Shown piece after piece: positions 51,745 to 61,348 of a stretch of DNA of 64,000 nucleotides. Under the pieces are notes generated by a model. That model did no database searches. It saw only the letters and a list, made by a program, of their open reading frames with translations, and was not told the origin of the DNA. Origin of the DNA: Desulfatiglandales bacterium (GTDB lineage: Bacteria; Desulfobacterota; DSM-4660; Desulfatiglandales; Desulfatiglandaceae); assembly GCA_963662465.1 (NCBI GenBank), contig OY759599.1:5600001-5664000 (forward strand), read 5' to 3'. The position numbers and the translations under genes were made by a program. The stretch's first letter is position 1. Each line of letters begins with the position of its first letter.

Positions 51745-51937
51745 CTCAGAACAACATGGACTGCAGGAGAAGATTGTCGGCCTGGAACGTAAAAAGCGCA
51801 ACCTGCGCAAACGCATATTTGACATTGAATACGAAATCGCCGACAAATGTGAACAACTGGTGGAGGCACTGGAAAAAAGGATGCAACAGAAGACAACGGT
51901 CAAAGGGCTATTTACCATTCGCTGGAACGTTGTCTGA
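51745..51937 (+). pseudogene. C-terminal fragment of RM-associated SNF2-type helicase
   Basis: LQEKIVGLERKKRNLRKRIFDIEYEI..LEKRMQQ..LFTIRWNVV*. Confidence 0.6.
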
Positions 51938-51949
51938 AACGCTCAACAA

Positions 51950-52646
51950 TTGAAGAATTTCCTTCTCATGCTATGAAGACATCCTGCTCATTCAGCATGT
52001 GGCTGCAGAACTGCTGAAACGCTATTGCTACCATTATTACAACTATTCCAAGCGTGCCTACATCGAGCCCAGACTGGAACTGCGGGAATTGACTGGAACC
52101 GATGACAATTTTCCCGAACGTGACGAGAAACGAACGGATGGTTTCTGGTGCGATTACCAGGTTGTCGTGGACGGGGATGAGCAGACGCTGATCAACAGCA
52201 TCGAGCAGATCAAACAAGATATTGCTGCCAAAAAGAAGGATGGCATCGAGCTCTTTCTGCTTCGTAACATGAGCCGGGGCAAGGGTGTCGGTTTTTTCGA
52301 GGCAGGCCGGTTTCATCCCAACTTTATCCTGTGGATGCTGAAGGACGGCAAACAGTACGTCACCTTCATCGACCCTCACGGTCTGCTCCATGGGAGCGGG
52401 ATCGGCGATGAAAAGATCAAATTGCATAAAGGCATCAAGGAAATCGAGAAGCGTCTCAATGACCCGGAAGTGATCCTCAACAGCTTCATCCTCTCGTGGA
52501 CCAAATACCCGCAATTGAAATGGAACAAAGAACAGAAAGAGCTTGAGGATATGCATGTTCTTTTCATGCAGGACGACAGGGATCAATATATTGATAAGCT
52601 TTTTGATAACCTGAGAGGGCAAGCGGGCGGTGCGATGATCAATTGA
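51950..52646 (+). pseudogene. C-terminal nuclease fragment of a type III restriction-like subunit
   Basis: LFLLRNMSRGKGVGFFEAGRFHPNFILW..QYVTFIDPHGL; no helicase part. Confidence 0.7.
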
Positions 52647-52654
52647 TAATCGCG

Positions 52655-52830
52655 TCACCTATGATTTCGATCTTTATATTGATTGCATCGGACGCAAGCG
52701 TAGATCAGGTTATCCTGATCATCATTTCCATCCGCTGCTTGCGGCCGATAATGGTCGATGGTGAGTTCACCGCCCACTGTGATCTCGGTTACGCCACAGT
52801 AACCGCATCGCCGTTCGAAGCGGTCCCTTA
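52655..52830 (-). pseudogene. Truncated HNH endonuclease
   Basis: RCGYCG..IDHYRPQ..DNLIYACVRCNQYK. Confidence 0.75.
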
Positions 52831-53157
52831 TGGTTTTAAACTGGGGATGGGGCAATTTTCCAGGCTGCTCAATTCCAGACCCATCAACGCCATGCAGGCG
52901 CCTTCCAAAGTCCAAATCTGACGATCAAGCCGATGGGTTCTAGCCTGGAGTTGAGCGTTAGTTGTTTCGAGATTTTCAACTTCAGACTTCAGCCGACGCA
53001 ACATCAATAAGTCACCGTTTTTCATATGCTTTTTCTCGTCAGCATCCAAGTCACTCAATCCTGCCTCGTAGGTCTCTCTCTCGCCGGGGTCCAAATCCTC
53101 TCCTTTGGCAGTGCGCACATGCAGTTGCCACCATCTCTCATGGGTTGATTGATCCAT
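52828..53157 (-). CDS. Hypothetical coiled-coil protein upstream of HNH
   Basis: AGGAG RBS, 109 aa ORF. Confidence 0.6.
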   Translation of the reverse strand: MDQSTHERWWQLHVRTAKGEDLDPGERETYEAGLSDLDADEKKHMKNGDLLMLRRLKSEVENLETTNAQLQARTHRLDRQIWTLEGACMALMGLELSSLENCPIPSLKP

Positions 53158-53349
53158 CGTTTGCGCTCCTTTTTACCAGATGAGATGATAAAACCTCACT
53201 TTTTTAAGAAACGAAGTATAAATAAAACGGTCTTAAAGATCAAGGAAGTTCCGACTATTTCGACCAGCAGGTTAGGCTGATCGCCAGCCAGGCCAGGGTG
53301 ATGTTTCATCTGAGCTGTCTCTACAAAGCCCTTGGGGGCAGGTGGGCCT

Positions 53350-54204
53350 CTAAGAATTCGCTGACATTCGGCCCATGAAATAGGCGGCAACCAGGGTTCC
53401 CAAAACGGTGACCAGGGAGTAGGCAAATACCGCCGCGGGCGCTACGGTTCCCGCAAAATTGGCGGATGCCGCCACCAGGGCTGCCGGAGCATTGCGCACT
53501 GTGGTATTTAAAGCCAGAGCCTTTTTTTCCCCCTTATGGGGTCCTCCCATGAACCAGCCTATGACCAGACAGGTTGTAAAAAGGACAACACTGCCAACCG
53601 CGGCCCGCCAACCGAACAGCGCAAGGGTGTGGTAATGGGTCAGTATAATCAGGGAACAAGCCCCCAGAACCAACAAATTGTTCAGAACACGAAGGGGTCC
53701 GGCGATTTTCCGGCTGACAGCGGGCTGCCAATGGTTCAGCGCCAGCCCGGCTGAAAGGGGCAGGAGTTGACCCAGGGCCACGACCTTCATGATTTTCAGA
53801 TAATTTACATTAAGGAGCTCTCCTTCCGTAAATCCTGCCATCAGTAGCTTGAGCACAGCTGGAGAAATTACGGTGGAAAGGGCGGCCAGGAGGATCATGA
53901 GGCCGATGGATAGGGGAACATCGCCCTTGGCCAGGGCCGTGAAAGGAGGCCCCATGGGGGCCCCTGAAAAAACCACTCCTATCAGGAAACCCGCAGCCAC
54001 CAAGGGATCCGGCCTGAACAGGAGAAGAAGGCCAAAGGCCGCAAATGGCGCCAGCAGGAAATTCGTGACCAACCCCTTCCAAACGATTGCCCTTTTTTTT
54101 AGGGAATCCGTCAACTGGGTCGTGGTCACGGACGAGCCCATATGAAACATGAGGCATAAAAGCCAGATAAACGTAACCGTATCGGTAACCTGGTTCAACA
54201 TCAT
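53350..54204 (-). CDS. Bile acid:sodium symporter (BASS) family transporter
   Basis: Multi-TM, MFHMG, NFLLAP, AKGDVPLS, TVRNAPAA. Confidence 0.88.
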   Translation of the reverse strand: MMLNQVTDTVTFIWLLCLMFHMGSSVTTTQLTDSLKKRAIVWKGLVTNFLLAPFAAFGLLLLFRPDPLVAAGFLIGVVFSGAPMGPPFTALAKGDVPLSIGLMILLAALSTVISPAVLKLLMAGFTEGELLNVNYLKIMKVVALGQLLPLSAGLALNHWQPAVSRKIAGPLRVLNNLLVLGACSLIILTHYHTLALFGWRAAVGSVVLFTTCLVIGWFMGGPHKGEKKALALNTTVRNAPAALVAASANFAGTVAPAAVFAYSLVTVLGTLVAAYFMGRMSANS

Positions 54205-54218
54205 TCAAGCTGCTCCGG

Positions 54219-55175
54219 TTATGCCTGTTCCAGCCTGTCCACTGCCTTCTTGATTTTCAGAACGGTCACATCCGCCAGTTTCCGGAGGCTTTCCACCTCT
54301 TCAGCGGAATAGGCGTAAAACCCCTTGCCCGTCTTCATGCCCAAGTCTCCTTTTGCCACCATGTCTTCCAGGATTTTGGGTGGTTTGAATCCGTCTTCCC
54401 CGGTTTTATCATGAACATATCTAAAAAGGTTCAAAGAGGTGTCCAAACCCGCATAATCGGCCATTCGAATGGGGCCGATGGTGCAGAGACGCAGGGCAAA
54501 GCCATTCTGAATCACGGTGTCCACATCTTCCGCCGAACAGACGCCCTTTTCCACCAGGGTCAAGGCCGCCCGGAACATGGCGGCCTGAATATAGTTGTGA
54601 ATAAAAGCGGGGTGTTCTTTTAAAACCACGGTTCGTTTCCCGATGCCATCCAAAAGACTTAATGCCAGTTCAACCGTTTTCGGGGAAGTCTTCCTGCCGG
54701 GGACCACCTCCACCACCGGCATGAGGTGAGCCGGAATAAACCAGTGGGTCACAATGGCCCTTTCAGGGTATTTCATCTCGGAAGCAATTTCGTCAATGCT
54801 CATGGAACTGGTGTTGGACGCCACGACGGTTTCTTTGCCGCAAAGCTCGCCGCACCGCTTGAACACATCCCGCTTGATATTCAGATTTTCAGGTACCGAT
54901 TCGGTCACATAATGGGCACTGCCCATGACCTCCTCCCAGTCCAGGGTGAAATGGATGCGGGATACGGCTACATCCGCTTTTCCCTGGTCCAGTACGCCCT
55001 GTTCCACCATGAGGCGGATATTGGACTCAAGCCGCTTTCGAGCATTTGCAAGGCTTGCCTGCTGCGTATCCAGCGCCTTTATCTCATACCCACTGCCCGC
55101 AAATGCCAGGGCAATATCCGGCCCCATAATACCCATACCCACCACTGCTACTCGTTTAATGTCTTCAACCTGCAT
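54219..55175 (-). CDS. 3-hydroxyacyl-CoA dehydrogenase family protein
   Basis: VGMGIMG, ESVPENLNIK, ASNTSS, THWFIP..VVEVV, GMKTGKGFY. Confidence 0.9.
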   Translation of the reverse strand: MQVEDIKRVAVVGMGIMGPDIALAFAGSGYEIKALDTQQASLANARKRLESNIRLMVEQGVLDQGKADVAVSRIHFTLDWEEVMGSAHYVTESVPENLNIKRDVFKRCGELCGKETVVASNTSSMSIDEIASEMKYPERAIVTHWFIPAHLMPVVEVVPGRKTSPKTVELALSLLDGIGKRTVVLKEHPAFIHNYIQAAMFRAALTLVEKGVCSAEDVDTVIQNGFALRLCTIGPIRMADYAGLDTSLNLFRYVHDKTGEDGFKPPKILEDMVAKGDLGMKTGKGFYAYSAEEVESLRKLADVTVLKIKKAVDRLEQA

Positions 55176-55190
55176 GGCGATTCTCCTCCT

Positions 55191-56129
55191 CTATTTTCCC
55201 TTGTCCCGCTTCTCAAAAGCACGATTCACAATTCCCTGAAGTCTTTCCATGGTTTCTTTTGTCGGCGGCTTGAAATCCCTCAACTGATAAATTCTCCCCA
55301 GAAAACCGTACTTGGTTTCCCCCAACCGGTGGTAGGGCAACAGCTCATAACTGATCACATTTTCATGGGGAAGGATAAATGCCAGCACGGCCCGCACATG
55401 ACTTTCGCTATCGTTTATGCCCGGCATAATGGGACTGCGCGCCAGGAAACGCTTATCTTTAAACGTGCTATAGGCCCTTTCCAGATTCGCGAGGATCCGA
55501 CTATTGTCCACCCCCGTCCATTTTTGGTGCCGGACGGGATCCATGAGTTTAAGGTCGTGAAAGATGGTGTCCACATGGGGCAGGACCATTTCCATGGCCT
55601 TCCAGGGCACATTGCTTGCAGTCTCAATGGCGGTACTGAGCCCCCGGACACGGGCTTCCTGAAGGAGGGCCGCCGAAAACCGGGGCTGACACAAACAATC
55701 CCCGCCGCTTAGCGATAGACCCCCGCCGCTTTCCCGGTAGAAGGCATTGTCCTGTTCCACCTCCTCCAACACCTGTTCCACCGTCATCTCTTTCCCGAAT
55801 CGATAGAGAGCCATGGAAGGGCAGACGTCCACGCAAAGACCGCAGTTGGTGCAAAGATCCCAATTGATTTTCATCCGGTCGCTGGGAGAAAGGGTAAAAA
55901 TAGCGGATTCGGGGCAGATCTCCCTGCAGGCGCCGCAGGCGTCTTCCCCGATGCATTTATGGGGGTTATAGGCCAGTTCCGATTTGGGATGGATGCTCTC
56001 GGGATTACAGCACCACTTGCAGCGAAGGGAACATCCTTTCAGAAAAACCGTGGTGCGAATACCAGGCCCATCATGAAGACTGAAATGCTGAATGTTTAAG
56101 ACCGTGCCCGTTTGCTGGTTCTTCGCCAT
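55191..56129 (-). CDS. Glycyl-radical enzyme activating enzyme with ferredoxin insert
   Basis: HDGPGIRTTVFLKGCSLRCKWCCNPES, two extra Cys clusters, ELLPYHRLG. Confidence 0.95.
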   Translation of the reverse strand: MAKNQQTGTVLNIQHFSLHDGPGIRTTVFLKGCSLRCKWCCNPESIHPKSELAYNPHKCIGEDACGACREICPESAIFTLSPSDRMKINWDLCTNCGLCVDVCPSMALYRFGKEMTVEQVLEEVEQDNAFYRESGGGLSLSGGDCLCQPRFSAALLQEARVRGLSTAIETASNVPWKAMEMVLPHVDTIFHDLKLMDPVRHQKWTGVDNSRILANLERAYSTFKDKRFLARSPIMPGINDSESHVRAVLAFILPHENVISYELLPYHRLGETKYGFLGRIYQLRDFKPPTKETMERLQGIVNRAFEKRDKGK

Positions 56130-56144
56130 GAAGCAAATCCCCCT

Positions 56145-57224
56145 TTATTGTGAATCCCCAAGGGATATGCCCAGGGCCCGTGCTACCTGAACCAATTCAC
56201 GGCCGTGGGGTTGCACAAAAATCAGGTCAGGGGGTTGAAAGGCCGTCATGACGCCGATTCGACCGTCCTTCAGGGCGCGGACAGCGGCGGCGCCGTAGCC
56301 CACACCCAGCTGACGGTCCACGGCCGTGGGGTTGCCGCCGCGAATCAGTTGACCCAAAACCAGGGGAAAGGTCTCCTGAGCCATCCGTCTCTGCAATTCA
56401 AGGGCCACGCTTTCAGCCACCAACCCTGACTGGTCCATCACATGACTGCCCTCGTTTAACAGTGGGTTTTCACCTTTTGCGGGAGAGGCCCCTTCCGCCA
56501 CGACCACCATGGCCACGGGCCATCCCCGCCGCAATTTTTCCTGGAGCCGTGTGGCCACGGACCCCAGGTGGTAAGGAATTTCCGGAATCAGGATAGCATC
56601 GGCGGGAAGCGCCATGCCCCCTTGCAGGGCCAGCCAGCCGGCGTGGGTTCCCAGCACCTCCACCACGGCGATTCGACCCAGCGTTTCCGCCGCGGTTCGA
56701 GCCCGGTCGAGGGTTTCCACCACATAGGCAAGGGCACTGTTAAACCCGAAGGACAGGGTGGTTCCCGCCACATCATTTTCCACCGCCTTAGGCACACACA
56801 CCAGGGGAAGCCCTTTCCGAGCCAGTTTCCAGACCATACCCAGTTCTTTAAGCCCCAGCACGGAAATGATGCCGTCAATGCCTGCTGCTTCTACGTTTTG
56901 AAGCAGGGTATCGCTCAGATCTTTTTCCACGATCTGGTTGTCCGGGTCCACCACCTGGACCCGAAAGGGGTCGATGGGGTGCGTTGTGCTCAGAATACCC
57001 CTCGAAAGGACGGCAGGGTTCTCAATTTTCAGGGGGGAGAGAGAAACCATGCCCCCCTCTTCATATCGGTCCGGAAAAAGCAATCCGTCAAAGCCGTCGC
57101 GGATGCCCACCACCTCCCAGCCCAGTTCAAAGGCGGCCCGAACCACGCCCGTAAATACCGCGTTCAGGCCCGGTACATACCCTTCCCCCACATTCACCGC
57201 AATCCGCTTTATTTTCGAACCCAT
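56145..57224 (-). CDS. 6-phosphofructokinase-family protein with degenerate catalytic motifs
   Basis: PGLNAV, GIRDGFDGL, VPKAVEND, VEVLGTHAGWLAL, ILIPE, VVAEGA, LGQLIRGG. Confidence 0.85.
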   Translation of the reverse strand: MGSKIKRIAVNVGEGYVPGLNAVFTGVVRAAFELGWEVVGIRDGFDGLLFPDRYEEGGMVSLSPLKIENPAVLSRGILSTTHPIDPFRVQVVDPDNQIVEKDLSDTLLQNVEAAGIDGIISVLGLKELGMVWKLARKGLPLVCVPKAVENDVAGTTLSFGFNSALAYVVETLDRARTAAETLGRIAVVEVLGTHAGWLALQGGMALPADAILIPEIPYHLGSVATRLQEKLRRGWPVAMVVVAEGASPAKGENPLLNEGSHVMDQSGLVAESVALELQRRMAQETFPLVLGQLIRGGNPTAVDRQLGVGYGAAAVRALKDGRIGVMTAFQPPDLIFVQPHGRELVQVARALGISLGDSQ

Positions 57225-57260
57225 GCCCTGTTCTCCTCCGACTTCCGACTGCTGCCCCCT

Positions 57261-59756
57261 CTACATATCATATTCAGTGCGAGCAATGATCTCATTCTGA
57301 GTGGCCGGATCCAGCTCCGAAAAAAAGGCCGAGTATCCTGCGACCCGAACGATGAGGTTTCGGTATTTTTCCGGATCTTTCTGGGCCGCCCGCATGGTCT
57401 CGGCGGAAATGCAGTTCATCTGAATATGCCAGATCTTGAGATTATACCACCCCCGGATGAGGGAAACCAGTTTTTGAGTGCCCGCATGCCCCTGCAGGGG
57501 ACCGGGAGAAAGCTTGATATTTAAGAGAGGCGAACACCAGTGTTTGGAATCGTGTGGAACAAATTTGCTCACGGAGTTAAGGAGCGCCGTAGGCCCCATG
57601 GTGTCATATCCCTGTTGAGGACCTGCCCCCTCGGACAGGGGTTCTCCGGCCCTGCGTCCGTTGGGCGTGGCGCCGGTGGCCTGCCCCAGAACAATGTGGG
57701 TGGTGACGGGAAGCACCCGGAGTTCCCAGTTGCGGCCCACCACGTTGTTGGGATTATCGAGCTTTCCGATCTCGTCCACCATGAACCGGTTGATCCGGAC
57801 CATCATGAGGTCGGCCTCAGCATCGTTGTTTCCCCATTTGGGGGCGCTGATGCAGAACTGGCGAATCTTTTCCTTTCCTTCCCAGTTTTTCTCGACAGCC
57901 TCCAGAAGTTCGGCCATGGTGAACCGTTTTTCATCAAAGACCCGTCTTTTGATGGCCACCAGGGAATCGCACAGGGTGCCCGAACCGATCATGTCGATGT
58001 TGACCAGGGACACAAGGTCTTTGTTCGTAAATCCCACGCCGCTTCGCATGGCATCCTTCATTTCCCGCATGAACGGCTCATTGACGATGCTGCTGAGAGG
58101 CGACGCGATGTAGCGGGAGCGATAGCCTTCATAAAGAATATTACGATCAAAGACCATTTTCAGATGATAGCGCATCTGCCGGGCCCAGGCCTCCCAGACC
58201 GCTTCAAAGGTTTCGAATTGTTGAGGGTCTCCCGTCCTGAGCCCAACGGTTAGGTCCCCGAGCCTTCGAATTCTACCGTCATTGAGGGCCATCTCCAGGG
58301 ATGCAACCTGGTTATTGTAAGTACTGCCACAGTTGTACACTTCACTTCGAATCTGCCGGCATTCCATACATCCGTTCACGGTCCAGTCGTTGGCCAGGTG
58401 CAGTGGAACGCCCTTGGCCAGATACATGGGTATCACCACCTCGTCGTTAAGCAGCTTGGGATAACCCTGGCCCTCTTTGATGGTTTCGGCAATATCGTAG
58501 AAAAGCCTGTCCGGAGTGTTGGAGTGGATCCTGACCGCCAGATCGGGCATGGTCAGGGCCACGCCGCTTTTGGATTTCAGAAAAAGGTAGGTCAGTTCAT
58601 TGCTGGCATCGCGACCGTCGGTTGTCTGGCCTCCGAGGGTCACACACTCAAAATGCGCGAAACCGGACGTGGACCCCGCGATATGCCCCGCCAGGGGCAT
58701 GAAGATGTATTGGTACATCTTGAGGTTGAGCATGCGGATCAGATCCAAGGCCTCCTCGTCCGTAATGCGGCCCTCCTCCCGGTCTTTTTTGTAATAGGGG
58801 TACAGGTACTGGTCCATGCGCCCGTTGCCCACATTGCCGCCGATATTGAGCTCGATCCGGGTCCAGACCTGCAACCACCACTGACATTGAAGGGCCTCTC
58901 GAAAGGTACGGGCCGGATGCTCGGGTACTTGTCGGCAGATGGCGGCGATTTCCGTCCACTTGGCGATCACTTCAGGGTTTTCGGCCTTCTGAGCCAAAGC
59001 CTCGGCCTTGTGGGCGTATCGGTTTGCCCATGTGACAACCGCCTCACAGGTGAGCAGGCCGGCCTCGATGAAATCATTTTTTTCCGAACATCGGGGGTCC
59101 GTGGGCATGAGGGACGCGCGCATTCCCTCCAGTTCCTTTCGAATGCCCGCAAAGCCTTTCTTGAGAACACGCTCGTAGTCCAGGGTCCAGTTCTGGCTGG
59201 ACCTGCCGGTGCCGGTTTCCACATAAACGCCGGTGGGCTTTCCGTCTTTTGTCCATCCAAAATCATAGGCGGCGGGGGCGTTTGCCCGCAGCAGGCTCAT
59301 GAAGTTCACATCCAGGGCATGTTCCCGCCAATAGGGGATGATGTCCGATTCCATGACCGGCCAGTCGGAAGGGTCAATAAACGGTTCGGATGGAGCGGGG
59401 TCGTCCTTGACCATTCTTTTGAGCGATGCGTATCCTCCGCCATCGCACTCGGCAAAGGGGACCACGTAGCGACCCACCCATGGGGCAGGGGAACCCACAA
59501 TCTCCTCATCGGGATCGATGAAGACGGGAATGCGCTCCGCGAAGGCTTTGAGGAATTTGGCGTGGCGCAGGTTAATGGGCTGCCCTTCCGTTTCCCGGTA
59601 CACATCGGTCAGGATTTTTGTCCGTTCCACCAGCAGACGTATGGGCAGACTTCGAATGCGCTCCAGCAGTCGATCAAATCCCGGACTGGTCCTGACCCAG
59701 GTGGATTTTCCCTGTGCAATGGCTTTTTCCTGGGCGGTGAGTTCCCCAGTATCCAT
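57261..59756 (-). CDS. Glycyl radical enzyme (eliminase-type, IslA-related)
   Basis: 831 aa; Gly loop IVRVAGYSAFF, Cys loop VNGCMECR, GRMDQYLYPYY, ATPNGR. Confidence 0.95.
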   Translation of the reverse strand: MDTGELTAQEKAIAQGKSTWVRTSPGFDRLLERIRSLPIRLLVERTKILTDVYRETEGQPINLRHAKFLKAFAERIPVFIDPDEEIVGSPAPWVGRYVVPFAECDGGGYASLKRMVKDDPAPSEPFIDPSDWPVMESDIIPYWREHALDVNFMSLLRANAPAAYDFGWTKDGKPTGVYVETGTGRSSQNWTLDYERVLKKGFAGIRKELEGMRASLMPTDPRCSEKNDFIEAGLLTCEAVVTWANRYAHKAEALAQKAENPEVIAKWTEIAAICRQVPEHPARTFREALQCQWWLQVWTRIELNIGGNVGNGRMDQYLYPYYKKDREEGRITDEEALDLIRMLNLKMYQYIFMPLAGHIAGSTSGFAHFECVTLGGQTTDGRDASNELTYLFLKSKSGVALTMPDLAVRIHSNTPDRLFYDIAETIKEGQGYPKLLNDEVVIPMYLAKGVPLHLANDWTVNGCMECRQIRSEVYNCGSTYNNQVASLEMALNDGRIRRLGDLTVGLRTGDPQQFETFEAVWEAWARQMRYHLKMVFDRNILYEGYRSRYIASPLSSIVNEPFMREMKDAMRSGVGFTNKDLVSLVNIDMIGSGTLCDSLVAIKRRVFDEKRFTMAELLEAVEKNWEGKEKIRQFCISAPKWGNNDAEADLMMVRINRFMVDEIGKLDNPNNVVGRNWELRVLPVTTHIVLGQATGATPNGRRAGEPLSEGAGPQQGYDTMGPTALLNSVSKFVPHDSKHWCSPLLNIKLSPGPLQGHAGTQKLVSLIRGWYNLKIWHIQMNCISAETMRAAQKDPEKYRNLIVRVAGYSAFFSELDPATQNEIIARTEYDM

Positions 59757-59806
59757 CTTTTTCTCCCTGTTTTTTGAGCTGTTAGCTCTTAGCTAAAAGC
59801 TGGAAA

Positions 59807-60733
59807 CTATCCCTTTAGAAAATCAGGATTCGCAAACTCCGGGTCGGGATAAGTGTAAAAGCCTTTTCCAGTCTTGACCCCCAATTCTCCCTTATCAACC
59901 ATGGCCTTGAGGGCATCGGGCGGACGATCCCTTTCCTCCCCGGATTCCAGGTAGTAGCTCATCTCCACATTGTAGGTTACATCCAGGCCGTTAATATCCA
60001 TCTGACCAAAGGGTCCGACAGGCAATCCGTAAGCCACCATCCAGGCCCGGTCGATGTCCCGGAAATCCACAAACCCGTCAGCCCACATATACAGAACCTG
60101 TCGTTTAACGGACCGCCACACACGGTTAAAGCAGAAACCGTAAATCTCCTTTCTGACCGTAAGGGGAATGCAGCCGATGGCGGAAATCCATTGCTTTCCC
60201 GCTTCCAGGGTTTCGGGGCTCGTTTGACTACCCCCCATGATGTCCACCATGTTGATGCCCGTTACCGGCGTATAGAAATGCAGATTCAGGCATTTTTCGG
60301 GTCGTTTTGTGGCATCCTCGATCCTTGAAATGGGAATGGTGGAGCTGTTGCTGGCCAGGATGGCCCTGGAAGGGGCCAGGGCATCCATCTCTTTGAATAC
60401 CTTCCGCTTGAGTTCCAGATTTTCGGGCACCGCCTCGATGACCAGATCGGCATCCTTCAGGGCATCGGCCATGACGGAGGCGGTTTGTACTTTTGAAATA
60501 GCGCCGTTCCACTGTTCAATAGGGACCACAGGCCCTTTCTTGCGGGCGGTCATGATGCCTTCAAACTGCGCGACCGAGCGCTCAAAGGCCCCTTTCGTGT
60601 TGTCATAGACCGTGGCCTTGAAGTCAAAACAGGCGGCCTGAACGGCAATCTGGGCACCCAGAATGCCTGCGCCGATGATGGTTACCTGCAAGATTTGCAT
60701 GGTTTCAGGATAATTGAAAGTTTTTTCGTTCAT
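59807..60733 (-). CDS. 3-hydroxyacyl-CoA dehydrogenase family protein
   Basis: IGAGILG, EAVPENLELK, ASNSST, LHFY, GFCFNRVW, GVKTGKGFY. Confidence 0.9.
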   Translation of the reverse strand: MNEKTFNYPETMQILQVTIIGAGILGAQIAVQAACFDFKATVYDNTKGAFERSVAQFEGIMTARKKGPVVPIEQWNGAISKVQTASVMADALKDADLVIEAVPENLELKRKVFKEMDALAPSRAILASNSSTIPISRIEDATKRPEKCLNLHFYTPVTGINMVDIMGGSQTSPETLEAGKQWISAIGCIPLTVRKEIYGFCFNRVWRSVKRQVLYMWADGFVDFRDIDRAWMVAYGLPVGPFGQMDINGLDVTYNVEMSYYLESGEERDRPPDALKAMVDKGELGVKTGKGFYTYPDPEFANPDFLKG

Positions 60734-60842
60734 TCTTTTCCCTCCTTATTTTTTGAGACCAAATCTGCGTATCACGCAAATCCTCGTTGAGCCCAATTCT
60801 TTACCATTGACCATTTATCGGGATTTTGATATTTTTTCCAGC

Positions 60843-61079
60843 ATGAAACCAATCCGATACGATTGCCATGCTAGAAAGTGGATGAAAGACCGCCATGTTC
60901 ATGATGACGAAGTCAGGGTTGCCATTGAAAACCCCGACTTCATGGAGCAAAGCGTAAAAGGACGTATCAATGCCTTCAAATTCCTTAATAAAAGATATTT
61001 GAGAGTCACTTTTAAGAAGGAATTGGACCACGTATTGGTGATCACGGTAACCATAAGGAAAAAACCTTTCAAGGAGTAA
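60843..61079 (+). CDS. DUF4258-like (RelE-fold) putative toxin
   Basis: HARKWMKDR, AIENPD, LRVTF..LVITV; paired with DUF2283. Confidence 0.75.
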   Translation: MKPIRYDCHARKWMKDRHVHDDEVRVAIENPDFMEQSVKGRINAFKFLNKRYLRVTFKKELDHVLVITVTIRKKPFKE

Positions 61080-61083
61080 CTCG

Positions 61084-61302
61084 ATGAAAATCGAATACAG
61101 CAAAGGGATTGATGCCTTATATATTCGGCTTAGAGAAGTCCGTATTTCCGACTCCATGGACATAGAAGAAGGCGTAACAGTTGACCTGGATGAAAAAGGC
61201 CATATCGTCGGCATCGAAATCCTGGACGCAAGTGAAAAAATGGCTATCTCTGATCTTTTCAACATCCATATCGAAAACTTCCCACTTGAAAAGGTAGCCT
61301 GA
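61084..61302 (+). CDS. DUF2283 putative antitoxin
   Basis: MKIEY..DALYIRL, VDLDEKGHIVGIEILDAS. Confidence 0.9.
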   Translation: MKIEYSKGIDALYIRLREVRISDSMDIEEGVTVDLDEKGHIVGIEILDASEKMAISDLFNIHIENFPLEKVA

Positions 61303-61348
61303 TCCATTTTCTTGTCCCACCCGCCTGGCATAGCCTGTCACTTCAATC

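Noticed and set aside
57261..59756. Pyruvate formate-lyase or benzyl/alkylsuccinate synthase assignment
   Set aside because: Cys loop is GCME (no adjacent CC, not LCMSP/GCVQ type) and no small bss-like subunits adjacent
58398..59777. Long + strand ORF (459 aa), and similar ones at 54726, 56568 and 42172
   Set aside because: Antisense shadows of well-supported genes
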